DNA of 63,477 bases, the filler included, from Folioceros fuciformis (Eukaryota), in NCBI GenBank assembly GCA_049999805.1. It is 9 parts of 9 records of this genome, joined end to end, with 100 filler letters (N's around TTAATTAATTAA, not from the genome) between each part and the next. Parts side by side here need not be neighbours in the genome. Positions count along the whole stretch, not along the records: positions 51,201 to 56,222 come from JBNGIO010002885.1; positions 56,323 to 63,477 come from JBNGIO010002887.1; 7 more parts are not named here. One strand, given 5' to 3'. Under the pieces are notes generated by a model, which was not told the origin of the DNA, searched no databases, and was given only the letters and a program-made list of their open reading frames with translations. Position numbers and translations under genes: made by a program. Positions 51,201-63,477 of this stretch are shown in pieces (position 1 is the stretch's first letter; each line of letters opens with the position of its first letter).

Positions 51201-54200
51201 TGGGGCTGTCCAGCCTATGCTCATACACCTGATGAAGTCAGACGCAAGATGGACTTTAAGGCAACCAAACACCTGTTCATCGGTTATACAGAGGGCATTA
51301 AAGGCTACAAACTTTATGACCCCCTGAATCGTCGTTTCCTGCATGCCAGAAATGTCATCTTTGATGAGCAGTTTCTCCTGCAAGTCTCAGAAAAGAGCAG
51401 AGACGTACCTGGCCTAGAACGTCTCACAACTGATGAACAAGATGCACCCTCAACACATGATGAGCACCTGGTTACCTTTCAGCAAGTACCAACTGCTGCC
51501 GAACAGCCTGCTGTTGCCTTTCCAGAAGATGAACCTGACCTCACTGCAGATGACTCAACCTCGGAGACAAACGACCAGGTTGACGAGCCTCAGTATGAGG
51601 AACATGACAATGTGACTAACGATAGTCCCCCACATTCTCCTCCACTAGAAACTGAGGAGAACCAGGAGCAGCTTCACTCAGAGGTCGCTGAAGAAGTGGT
51701 TCAGGCACCACAGGAGCTCAGAAGATCTGCCAGGAGCCACACCACAGATCCAAGCCAGTGGACGCACAAACCACTGAGCTATGAATTGGATGAAGAGCAC
51801 CGAAGACTGCATGCAAACTTTGCAGCCAGCTCAGATGCTCCTGGAGTTCAGGACTTGCACATACCTCATAATTATGTTGCACGCGCCCTGATAGCAGCTC
51901 AGGACCTCGGAGAACCTGCTACACTGAAGGAGGCACTGTCCTCCCCAGAAGGCAAGCTCTGGAAGGTAGGCATAGACTCTGAATACCAGTCTCTCATCGA
52001 TAACCAAACTTGGGAGCTGGTAGACCTGCCTCCAGGACGCAAACCACTCACGGGAAAGTGGGTGTTCAAGAAAAAGTTAAACCCCGATGGGTCAGTGGCC
52101 AGATACAAGGCAAGATACGTTGTTCATGGATACAAGCAGGTCGAGGGACTGGACTTGCATGAAACATTCTCACCTGTTGTACGAGCCTCTTCTGTAAGGA
52201 TGCTCTTTGCCTTGGCTGCTGAATGCAAACTGGATATTCACCAAATGGACGTCAAGACCACTTTCCTGCATGGTGAAATAGACGAGGAGATGTACATCAC
52301 CCAGCCTGAGGGTTATGTCAGCAAGTCAGAACCACACAAGGTATGCAAGTTGAGAAAGAGCTTGTACGGCTTAAAACAAGCTCCAAGGATCTGGTACCAA
52401 AAGATTCATGCTTACCTGGTCAAATCCGGATTCAGTCAGAGCGATGCTCACACAAACGTCTACATCCTGAGGCAAGGGCAGATGTTTGCCATTTTAGCAC
52501 TGTACGTCGATGATGCACTGATATTTGCCAATTCCCCTGACATCATGAAGAAAGTTAAGTCCATTCTCACTGCTGAATTTTCCATGACGGATTTGGGACA
52601 GCTCACTTTCTTCCTAGGCATACAGATTGTCATCAGTCCAGACAAGAGCAGTATATTCTGCCACCAAGCACATTACGTAAGGCAAATGCTAGAAAGATTC
52701 ACTATGACAGACTGCAAGCCAGCTATCACTCCCATGGCTGTGGGAGAGAAGTTCTCCACAGACCAGAGTCCAAAGACAGAAGCAGAAAAGATGGAAATGG
52801 CAAAGAACCCTACAGTATGCTAACGGGATGCCTTATCTGGATCAGCGGATGGACAAGGCCTCATGTAGCTCCGGCTGCACGAGTCTTCTCTAGGTTTCTT
52901 GCTGACCCCGGCACTGCACACTGGACAGGAGTTAAGAGAGTCCTACGCTATCTGAAGGGAACGCAGCATCTTGGACTCAAATACAAATCACAAGGAAAGT
53001 TTCCACTACTCATCTGCTACTCTGACTCTGATTGGGCAAGTGATGAAGACTCTAGGCAGTCAATCACTGCCAATTGTACAATCCTCTCTGGCGGAGCAGT
53101 CAGCTGGACTTCAAAGAAGCAGACTGTGGTCGCACTCTCTAGCACCGAGGCAGAATACACAGCCGCCACTGCAGCCGCTCAAGAAACTGTCTACAATCGC
53201 CTGTTCATGGCTTCTGTGGGTTTTCCTCAACCCGGAGCCACGACTGTCTACTGCGACAACCAGTCAGCCATAGCCTTGTCCAGGAATCCAATGCACCACT
53301 CTCGGACCAGGCACATAGCCGTCAAACAGCACTATATCAGGCAGACAGTGACCTCCGGAGAAATTGACCTAATCTACGTACCCACAGAGCAAAACGTGGC
53401 AGACCTACTCACTAAGTCACTCCCAAAAGATAGGCACATTGCTCACTGCAAGGGTCTGGGGCTCGACACCCAACCAAGTTCTTGACTTCTTGCACACCTA
53501 CACAGCACAGGCACGCACATGCACAAACAGAGGGTTAGTCTTGTCACAGACAGTGGGGGAAAGATTGACACGCACGAGGGAATTGCTACCTTCCTTTACT
53601 CCTGTGTGTGCGCAGGGAAGAAACACTACAATCCTGCCATCTTCGCCTCCACTTCAGGACTTCTCCAGAACGGAGCATACCTAAAGACCAGGTTACCCTC
53701 TGGATCACAATCAGCAGCATCAAGAATCATCTCAAGGCCTGGACACGGCGACAGCTTGCGGAAATCCTCCTCATCAGTAGCAGGAGGCAATCCCCTGAGC
53801 CGCCGCAATTGAGCATGCAACAACCTCATCTTCTTGCGCAGCTGTTCCTCCTTGCCAAGATCAATTGGCCTACAAGCTGCCTGAAGCACCGAACACCTCT
53901 CGGCAAATCTCTTTTGCTCCCAGGCGGCGACGCCGACCTGTACCAGCAGCAGGATCAATGGAACAAAGCTGCCATCCAAGTGAGAAATGCCGCCAACACT
54001 CAGCATAGCTGCAAGCCGTTCTGCAGGCGGAAAGTATGCGAAAGACTGAGGACGGCAGGAGGCTGCGGCGTAAACTAGTTCACGACGGCGGGAATGCGGA
54101 ATAAGTGGGGGTAGCGAAATACGGCTGCCCTAAATATATCCCGCTTCCCGGCGCTAAGCGTAGTCCTTAGGTTAATTATGCACATAGAATACGAATAGGC

Positions 54201-54348
54201 ACGAACCGTGCCCTAAATAACGATCACCCGTCAACCGTCGTACAGGTTCACGGGACACAGCCATAAAGGCCCTCACACACTCACATTATACACACAAAAA
54301 TATACATTCTATTCATTTTTTCCTACGCTATCGATCCTCTTCACGCTA
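51201..54348 (+). mobile_element. Ty1/copia element G, 3' half, young (one frameshift at ~52815)
   Basis: 524-aa INT-C/RT ORF (LYVDD) and 222-aa RNaseH ORF; ~620-nt 3' region; PPT AAGTGGGGG 54103-54111; putative LTR 54112-54348 (TAGCG...CGCTA). Confidence 0.92.
53626..54006 (-). CDS. 126-aa antisense ORF in the 3' region of element G
   Basis: ATG start and no internal stop; hydrophobic FVPLILLLVQVGVAAW followed by helical EEQLRKKMRLLHAQLRRLRG. Confidence 0.5.
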   Translation of the reverse strand: MLSVGGISHLDGSFVPLILLLVQVGVAAWEQKRFAERCSVLQAACRPIDLGKEEQLRKKMRLLHAQLRRLRGLPPATDEEDFRKLSPCPGLEMILDAADCDPEGNLVFRYAPFWRSPEVEAKMAGL

Positions 54349-54399
54349 GGTCAGTCTGTTCATTTTGTAGGTGTAAGAGAGCATCCACTACTACATGGT

Positions 54400-56222
54400 C
54401 TAACAAGGTAGGGACATCTCCAATTGACTATGGGTATTCATGTATGAACTATGTAAAACCAGACATCGACCAAGTATCAGCAAGTGTACTCTCAAGAGTG
54501 GTAGATGAGGAGTCTGTTTGAGGAGTCAAAAATTCCTTGAAGGTAACACTACATGCTAGTATAATTTTGGAGGTCTTAGGGTCATACAGCTTATAGGCTT
54601 TGTATTCCTTTAAATAGCCAACAAAGATAGAGGGTCTAGACCTATCATCTAACTTCCCCCTCTTGGCTTCAGGAAAAAAAGTAAAAGCAGGTGACCCAAA
54701 GACCCGCAAGTGCAGCAGGCTAGGCTTTTGACCCCAAAAAGCTTCATAAGGGGTGCGACTAGGCAGAGCAGAAGTAACAATTCGATTCAGAATGTATGTG
54801 GCTATCACCACAGCCTCTGCCCAGAATGTTTTAGGTAAGTTAGCCCACGAGATCATGCTGCATGTCATGCCCATCAAAGTTTGATTTTTACACTCAGCAA
54901 CGCCGTTCTGTTGTTGTGTAGAGGGCATTGACAACTGGCGAATAATACCATATGCTTGGAAGAGATCATCAAACCGATGACTAGTGAATTCCCCTCCATT
55001 ATCAGTTCGAAAGCACCTTACAAGCCGGCCAGTTTGTCTCTGAACCATAAGGATCCAAGCCGAGATGTGTTCGAACACATCGCTCTTCAACTTGATAGGA
55101 AAAGTCCAAGTATATCGGGAAAAATCGTCAATCAGTGTCAGATAGTACTCTGCACCACCAAGAGCCTTCACATGCAGCTTTCTAGCAATATCAGCGTGCA
55201 CAAGTTCAAGAACAACAATAGCCCTGGTAGGTTGTTTGTTCTTGAAAGGCAATTCTTTTTGTTTAGAGAGTATATAGGATGTGCAAGCTGCCAGATGCTT
55301 GAAACAGCTGGGGAGCTTTTCTCTATAGAAGGTGGAGTTCGACATGATATCCAACTTTGACTTGTTCACATGGCCCAACCTTGCATGCCACAGGTTAGCC
55401 TTCTCATTGTACGCAGCAAGAAGAACTCTAGTGCGTGACTTAGACACTTGGACCGGTTGATAAAGATCATGTACTAAGACACCCTTGGCAAGAGTCTTCT
55501 CTGGACATGTAAGGGAATACAGGTAGCACTTACTATTTTCAAAACGAAAACCATACAGGTTCATTTGAGAAATGGCTCTAATAGACAACAAGTTTCTGCT
55601 CATTGCTGGAACAAACACGACTTCCTGAAGATGCAACGTTGACCCATCAAGAAGTGGTATGTCTACTACACTCGTCCCTTTTACCTCAATGCCCCGTGCA
55701 TCACCCACAAAGACTGACTGAGGGATTTGCTGTTTGTGGAAGGAGGAGAACATCTGTCGGTTGTTGCAAACGTGAGCAGTCGCTCCCGAATCAACAAACC
55801 AGTGCTAAGTATTCTCTGTAGTCGAGGTCAGGCAAACTGTGAGTACAGAACTGCTACTTCGAGGTTGTTGTTGGCCATTCTGTGATTTGGCTTCCTTAGA
55901 TGAAACATGAGCCTCTGATCTAATAATCTTTTTGGGCTCTCCAGCTCTCTTCTTTCTATAGTCACGTTCCCAGTGCCCGGGTATCTAGCACTAGTTGCAA
56001 CTGCATGTGCGCTTAGTGGTGGAGGAAGAGGTACCAGAAGTGTTTGAAGAATTCTTCTTACTTTTGTCCTTTCCTTTCCATTGGTTCTTGCCTTTTTCAG
56101 CAAACAAGACTTTCTCACCACGCAGCCGTGAACCAGAGTGAGAACATTGGCTGCTCAACTCCTCTTGCAGGAGGACCCCAACTATCTCATTCAGATTGAG
56201 TGTAGAAGGTTGACCACTTGCT
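54400..56222 (-). mobile_element. Copia gag-PR-INT fragment
   Basis: LWHARLGH, TDNGGEF, FWAEAV; 434-aa ORF. Confidence 0.9.
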
Positions 56223-56322
56223 NNNNNNNNNNNNNNNNNNNNNNNNNNNNNNNNNNNNNNNNNNNNTTAATTAATTAANNNNNNNNNNNNNNNNNNNNNN
56301 NNNNNNNNNNNNNNNNNNNNNN

Positions 56323-59300
56323 GCTATGGCAGGGGTTTGAGGCTATGGTCGTGAGCGTGAAGGTGGTTGGCAACGCAAGCCATTGAAAGGCGCAGGAGGC
56401 GCAACGGCGTAGGCGACGTAGGAAGCTGCAACAGGTGCCACAAGCGCAAGAGCACACGAGAGGGAGAGAGACTCAGGAGGAGCAGCAACTACTGGAGGCA
56501 ACCAGGCCATGGAAGCCACAGCAGGCCCAGGATTTGCAAGGAGGAAGGCCAGAACTTGGCAAACAGTGTTTTGTTTTTTTTGTTTTTTGAAAGCTTGAGC
56601 AAAGGTTGTTTTTGCTTAGCGAAGAGTCAGCTGCACATTCAGGAATTGTTGAGATCTAATTGAGGCTTGTGGAGTGCTGGAGCTCTATAGCAGTGCAGGG
56701 AGTTGCACTCAAGATTGTCAAAAACATATGTTGGAAGATGCATGAAAGCGTTTTGACAATCTGTCCACAATGGACTTGGTGGCATAGCAAGCAAGAGAAG
56801 GCAACTGACTTGAGGTTCAGGACAAGTGTTGGTGCGTAAAGGAGCCTGAATCATGGCTAACGTGCAGGGATCAGACAATATCTCTCAGGTTGTGGGAGAG
56901 AAGTTAGATAACAAGAATTTTGCTTTGTGGAAGTTCAGGATGAAGAACTTCTTGGTAGGTAGAGGCTATTGGGACCTCTGCACAGGTGATGAGAGTGAAC
57001 TGGAGATGGATTGTACTCTATCACAAGAGCAAAAGACTGCTCACAAGCATTGGACTGAGAGAGCATGTAAAGTGTTACACTGGCTCTCCTTAAGTATTTC
57101 AGATGCTATGGTCATATAGATCACGGGATGTGAGTCTCCGAAGGATGCATGGGACATACTCATGAGGAACTATGAGAATGTCATACATGCTAGGAAAATC
57201 CAGTTGAAGCAGTTCAACAACTTGTCATGAGGTAGCAGATCCATACTCGTGTATACAACAGCTGATCAGCTTGCTACAATCGGTGCAAGTGTGACGGAAG
57301 ATGACATGGTTGCAGTTACTCTGAACGGACTTGGCAAGGAATACAAGTCCTTTGACACATCAATCTCTGTGAGAGTTGAGTCCCCAAGTTCGGATGAATT
57401 GGTTGCTTTGTTGCTGCATGAGGAAGTTAAGCTTGGTCTGAACACAGGATTAGGTATGTCTCAAGGGAGAGACACCGTTTTGTTTTCTAACCAATGTGGG
57501 AGAGGCCACAGAGGTCGTGGTTCATTCCAAGGACGGGGTGATGCCCGGAACATGCAGAATCAGCAAGACAATTGGAAGTTTTAGAGGCGCAGGTAGAGCC
57601 ACAAGAGATAGAGATGGTTCTTTTCAATCTCATGACCATACCAATAGAGACAAAAAGTGTTACTACTGTGGAAAGGTTGGTCATATTGCTAAGGATTGTT
57701 ATAAGTAGCATGGAGATATGAGAGGAAAACGAAGGCAGCATGGGAACTATGCCTTCTCTAGTAATCCTGGAAATGACCAGGATAGGTTGTTTGCCATGCA
57801 ACATCTCTCTGAACAGGATGGGCAGAATGATGAGAGATGGTACATTGATTCAGGAGCATCAAACCACATGACTCCGCATGGCGAGTGGTTTAACAAGATG
57901 GATGCAGGCCCCCATGATCATGTGTGTACAGGAGATGACACAACATGACATAAAGCACAGAGGAATTGTTCCTCTTAGGATGCTGAATGGTCAGCAAAAG
58001 AGTCTGCAAGATGTGTTGCATGTTCCAACCATTACGAAGAACCTGTTGTCTATTGGAAAATCGCTGAACAAAATTTGCAGGTTCAATTCAATAAAGATGG
58101 ATGCTTTATTGAAGAATATGACAGCGGGTGCAAACTGATTGCTAAAGGTAGTAGGAATGGACGGATGTTCACTCTGGATGCATCCATTCCAAAGCTAAAT
58201 GCAGCAATGTTTACAAATGATGCAGGTGCCATACGTGATGTTGAAATATGGCATAAGAGGATTGGGCATGTGAACATAGAGAAGCTGAAATCTATGCAAC
58301 AGAAAAGCACGGTGGAAGGATTGCCCAAGTTCAAGTATGCTGATCTTGGTCATGTGTTCTGCATGTCAATTTGGAAAACAGTTAAGGTTTCCATTTGTGC
58401 AACACGTGTAGAACATCTCGAGACCTTTGCAATTGATACACTCTGATGTATGGGGTCCTTCACAGAATGCATCGTTTGGAGGAGCCCACTACTATGTCTC
58501 ATTCATTGATGATTTCAGCAGGTACACGTGGCTGTACATATTGAAGCGTAAGGATGAAGTGTTCAAGTCTTTCAAGGACTTCAAAAAGCATGCTGAAAAT
58601 GAATTCAACTACTCCATCTCTTATCTAAGATCAGATGGAGGGGGAGAATATGTCTCAAATGAGTTTGACAGGTATCTTGCAGATCATGGTATACGAAGAC
58701 AGCTAGCTGACTTGCAGATACACACCACAATAGAATGGTGTTGCAGAGAGGAAGAACAGGGTCGTCATGGAAACAGCAAGGGCAATGCTGAATGAGAAGT
58801 GCTTACCTAATGATTATTGGGCAGAAGCAGTGATGACAGCAGTGTATGTACTGAATTGAACTCCTACGGCAGGAATTCATGATGCTACACCAATTGAGAG
58901 ACTGTATGGTTGTAAGCCGGATATTAGGCACTTGAAAGTGTTTGGGTGCATTGCATATGTGCATGTACCTGATGAGAAGCATAGGAAGCTGGATCCTACA
59001 GTAGTGAAGAGTGTTTTTCTGGGGTATGCACGAAATAGGAAGGCATATAAGTGTTATGTGCCATCCACACATGAGATCCTGATAAGCAAGGATGTGGTAT
59101 TTGATGAGTTAGCCTCCTTGTATAGCAACTGAGTTGCACTACCCTATGATGCACCCACAAGGAAGAGTACTGTTAAGAGTACTCTAGCAAAGACTGAGGA
59201 TGTGACCAATGGTGGATCACCAACGGTGAATGCATGGTCTGGAAGACTGCGGAATGGTAAACCCAAGACCACTAACCCGGACATGTCAGTGAGGGGGAGA

Positions 59301-61155
59301 GTAGAAAGCAGCAAATCTGGAAATAAAGGATATGAATCCACAAGTAGTGAGAGCATTGACAATGAGTTTGGCATTCCGTCTGTGGAAACGCCAGGTGCTA
59401 AGGAGCAACGATATGGAAGGCAGGTTCAAACTAAACCAAGACCAAGGAGATCTGAGAGGGTTAGGAAACCCATTGACAGGTACACCTATACAAGCTACAA
59501 TGCGCAACATTATGCGTATATGACAAGGGTCATAGCTTGTAAGGAGCCAACCAAGTTTGTTGAGGCAGTGACAGATGATAAGTGGTGTCAAGCCATGGAT
59601 GAAGAATACTCAGCATTAGTTGAGAACGAAATGTGGGATTTGGTTCAATTGTCTGATGGCAAGGTTCCTATTGGTTCTAAGTGGGTGTACAAGCTAAAGT
59701 TCAAGTCAGATGGAACGCTGGAGCGTTACAAGGCTAGGTTGGTTGCAAAGGGATATGCACAACAGTATGGTCTTGATTATGAGGAAACCTTTAGTCCAGT
59801 AGCCAAGATGACAACTGTAAGGACAGTCATAGCATTAGCAGCAGCTAAAGGATGGAAGTTATGGCAAATGGATATCAAGAATGCTTTCTTGAATGGTGAG
59901 TTGCAGGAGGAAGTGTACGTGGAACAGCTTGAAGGCTATGTTCATCCTAAGTTTCCAACGTACGTATGCAAACTGAAGAAGGCATTGTATGGACTCAAAC
60001 AGGCACCTAGAGCATGGAATGCTCGTATCACAAGCTATTTGAAGGAGCGAGGGTTTGTGATTGGAGACGCAGATCACAGTCTATTTGTAAAGAGACCAAG
60101 GTAGGACAAGTGTGTCTTGTCGTTTATGTTGACAACCTGATCATCACATGAGATGATGCAGATGGTATTGCAGATGTTAAAGCAAATCTGCAAAAAGAGT
60201 TCAAGGTGAAGGATCTTGGTGAACTCAGATACTTCTAAGGAATTCAGTTGTGTCTACACCTCAAGGAATCTGGCTATTGCAAAAACAATATGCTAAGGAT
60301 ATGCTGCAGAAGTATGGCATGGCAGATTGCAAAGCGATGGATACACCATTAGAGCAGAACGTTAAGCTGCAAATGGATGTAGGAACTGAGCTGGAAAATG
60401 TGACCATGTATCGACAGATGGTCGGAAGTTTGATCGACTTGACTATCACACATCCTGACTTAAGTTATGCAGTAGGACTGATCAGTCAATTCATGCAGAA
60501 CCCATGGAAACCGCACTTGGATGCAGTTAGAAGAATCATGAGATATGTGAAAGGAACTACTGAGTTTGGATTGCTCTATGAGCATAGGAAGCATCTTGAA
60601 CAGACAGGATATACAGATGCTGATTGGGCTGGTTGTGCGTATGACAGAAGATCAACCAGTGGATATGCATTTAGTCTAGGAAGTAGTATGATTAGCTAGC
60701 AAAGCAAGAAACAATCGACAGTTGCTTTGTCGAGCGCAAAAGCAGAGTATCGAGGAGCTGCAATGACAACCTGTGAAGCAGCTTGGTTGCAGAAGTTGCT
60801 ACATGATCTTGGAAATATAGCGCACAGCAAGGTCACAATCTACTGTGACAACATGAATAACATGAGGCTGGCTACTAATCCTATGTTTCATGCTCGTTCG
60901 AAGCACATAGAAGCACATTATCATTTCATCAGGGAAGTGGTATTATCTGAGAAGATAGATCTTCGGCACGTGAAGACCGAAGACCAGGTAGTTGATATCT
61001 TTATTAAGTCGCTAGGTAGAGATAAGTTCTTAGACTTTCGTGAACTACTTGGAGTGTTACAAATAGTCTGAGCTTGAGGGGGAGTGTTAGAAATCAAGCT
61101 CTAATTGAATTATTATTAAGAGCATACAACACTTAGAATAGTGTTGTATGCTCTC
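56323..61155 (+). mobile_element. Ty1/copia element H (different lineage), decayed, with truncated 3' LTR
   Basis: gag ATG 56853; CYYCGKVGHIAKDC; PR WYIDSGAS; INT HSDVWGP and SDGGGEY; RT; RNaseH to 61070; PPT TGAGGGGGAG 61075-61084; LTR starts TGTTAGAA at 61085. Confidence 0.93.
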
Positions 61156-61199
61156 AAAAAAAAAAACCAAAAACCCGCATTCCACACCTTGCCACACAA

Positions 61200-62097
61200 T
61201 CATCTCTAGATTCATCACAGGATCAACAAACTGCTGAAGGAGGCTACTCCGATCTATTGGAAACAGATGAAACAAAGGGAGTCCCAGCCACTTACCCACT
61301 TGATGATATGGATCCTGATGATCCTGAAACATTTGACGATCTTGCTGACGAACATGGAGATGATGCTGTATTGGCAGACCCTCCACCAGTGGCACTTGAT
61401 GTGCCTAATGTTGCCGATACTAATCATGAAAACAATCTGAACCTGCAGGATGATTTGTATAATGTTTTGGAAAATGATTATCCTCCAATCTACGAGGGGG
61501 ATGCTGCTCCCATTCCGACGATGAGGGGGAAGTTGTAGGACATCAAGCTCTGGAAAACATAGCCCCTGATGACGAGCCACATGAACAAGAGCCTGCACTT
61601 AGACGCTCTACATGTCACAGGCCACCTCCTGACCAATGGGCAGAACCCCGTTACCAGTCCATTGATTTTCGAAAAACCTCTTTTGCTAAAGCTGCTACCT
61701 TGGCTACTGCTAGCCCTGAAGTTCTAGAGGAGCCTACCACTTTATAGCAGGCCTTCAGTGGTCCACAGAGTGAATAGTGGAAGGCTGCAGTGGAGGATGA
61801 GTACCAATCTCTCATAAAAAATAAGACATGGGTACTTGCAGACCTCCCACCTAGAAGAAAGGCGATTAGCTGTAAGTGGGTTTTGAAAATCAAGCTCAAT
61901 GCACATGGACGAGTGGCTAGATACAAAGCAAGGCTCGTAGCTCGTAGGTTTACCCAAGTGGAAGGCGACTATCAAGAGGCCTTCTCACCTATTGTTCGTA
62001 CACAGTCCATCAGAATTCTGCTTGCTTATGCCACTGAGTTTGACCTTGACTTGCAACAGATGGATGTTTGTACTGCCTTTTTGTATGGTACCCTTAA
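61200..62097 (+). mobile_element. Copia INT-RT linker and RT N-terminal fragment, related to element E
   Basis: LIKNKTWVL, CKWVLK, ARYKARLVA, QMDVCTAFLYGTL; ends at TTAA 62094-62097. Confidence 0.88.
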
Positions 62098-62469
62098 CAA
62101 GTTCTGCGCCTAACGGTCGTATTCTATGAAGCCCATTTGGTGCACATTTGAATCTACACCATCTTAGTCATATATCCACATTTAAGACCTTTTTAAAAAA
62201 AATCACTTGTTTTGATGTGTGGTGGACACCATCCATCTCCACAAATTTGCTTGCAACCCACAACCAACTGGTACATAAGTCATTAGAACTATAAAAATTT
62301 CCAGAAAAAACGAATTGTACTTCGGGTGCGCTGGTCTACCGACGCACTCAATAGTATGTTTGGGTGAGAGGAAAATGGCTATCTACACGCCATGAATTTA
62401 AAGAGTTTAACAGTCGAATTTAAATATGCGCATAATGTACCACAGACTTCAGCTACTCTCCAAATCACC

Positions 62470-63419
62470 TCTACACCAAAACATGAACATGTTGGTTGGC
62501 CTCGGAATCAACAACTATATCTACATCTTTCAGGCGCTGGCCCTCTGTGTCCCCGAAGTCGTCTAAATCCACGTCCAAGACAAAGAAATGTGGGTCGTCC
62601 ATAGTCTGAGATGGAAGTGTGCCATTCTCATCTCATATCATCATCGCATAAAGATCTTCTGCTGGTCTGTCGTCCGATTGAGAAAATATCTCAATATCTC
62701 TCCTTTTTTCCCCAGCAAACTGAATACCTGCATATGACGATCCATGCTACCATACACTTTTGATACGGCGAGACGACCATAGAGTCTGCCGAGTGGAACA
62801 AATGTTTCTTTACCACAACTCCATGCCTTATAACTCTCGGCAAAAGAAATCCTTGATTTGAGAATAATGCAGCTTTTGTGGCTTGAGCTTCAGAGTGAAC
62901 TGCACTTCCATCAGTTAAATATTCCACAGTCTCAACTGCCCTTGCATTGGGAGGAATGTTGGTCTTCTCCCACACTAATGTCTGTATGGTTCCCTTCTTG
63001 CACCATGGCCGAAGTGCTTCCCTAGCCTGTGTAATGAGGTCCACGCCATGCATGAGGACCGTCCTATAAACATTACTGCTCGTGCATTTTGAAAACCCTT
63101 TGATCATGTCTTCAAGCTCTTTGCTTGTTAGCTGCGTGTCGAATTCATGGCGTTGCAGTCCGCGAGGCAAATCAGAGAATAATAGAGTATAAGGTCGTTT
63201 TACCAGAAATGCGTTCATCTCTAGAACGTTTCGTTGGATTACTTGATACTTAGTCTTCTGGTTGCTGCTTGGGACCCTAAACTCCGATAATCCTGCATCC
63301 ATATCTGCGTCAGCGAGTTTCTGCTTTTCCTCTTCCATGCGCTTCCAGTTTCTCGCTGAATAGACATAATCTTGGAAAGGCTTCGGCAATGATTCAAGGT
63401 TGTTGTCGTCCGTGGGTTT
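62470..63419 (-). pseudogene. Exon encoding a beta-class N4C/N6A DNA amino-methyltransferase-like domain, probably degraded
   Basis: U-rich intron and CAG acceptor at 63422-63420. Motif order is LLFSDLPRG (motif IV, DPPY position), IQTLVWEKTN, VEYL, VSPYQK. No intact FxGxG afterwards; an acidic tail lies in another frame. Confidence 0.6.
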
Positions 63420-63477
63420 CTGCCAACAAACAGTTTGGTCAAAACAACCACACCACAAGCACAATCATAAATCGAGA

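Noticed and set aside
63420-63464. Cys-rich N-terminus MCLWCGCFDQTVCW of the last ORF as a zinc finger
   Set aside because: It lies in a U/G-rich tract ending in a CAG acceptor; most likely translated intron.

Overview
Eukaryotic land-plant genomic DNA. A non-seed plant (bryophyte, lycophyte or fern) is my inference from the retroelement types, TTTAGGG repeats and short introns. The window is not one locus: it is nine contigs joined by eight artificial 100-nt spacers (44N-TTAATTAATTAA-44N). It is dominated by nested, mostly decayed Ty1/copia LTR retrotransposons and by Gypsy-type LTR pieces, one of which is a TSD-verified solo LTR. It also holds one intact 5-exon CYP71-clan cytochrome P450 gene, a USP-domain pseudogene fragment, a decayed Gypsy-type accessory ORF and, at the right end, an exon resembling a beta-class N4-cytosine/N6-adenine DNA methyltransferase. 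Main highlights: (1) a copia lineage that looks like a 'complex' retrotransposon, with a small conserved protein encoded right after the PBS in two divergent elements plus further 5' and 3'-antisense extra ORFs; (2) non-canonical LTR termini: AG..CT-type in three LTRs, TA..TA in two elements, and a TC..CA/TG..GA solo LTR with a TSD; (3) the amino-methyltransferase-like exon, beside a TTAA-anchored, possibly piggyBac-like junction; (4) telomere-repeat filler at a deletion junction and a head-to-head telomeric palindrome. All protein family calls are by eye from motifs; no searches were run.
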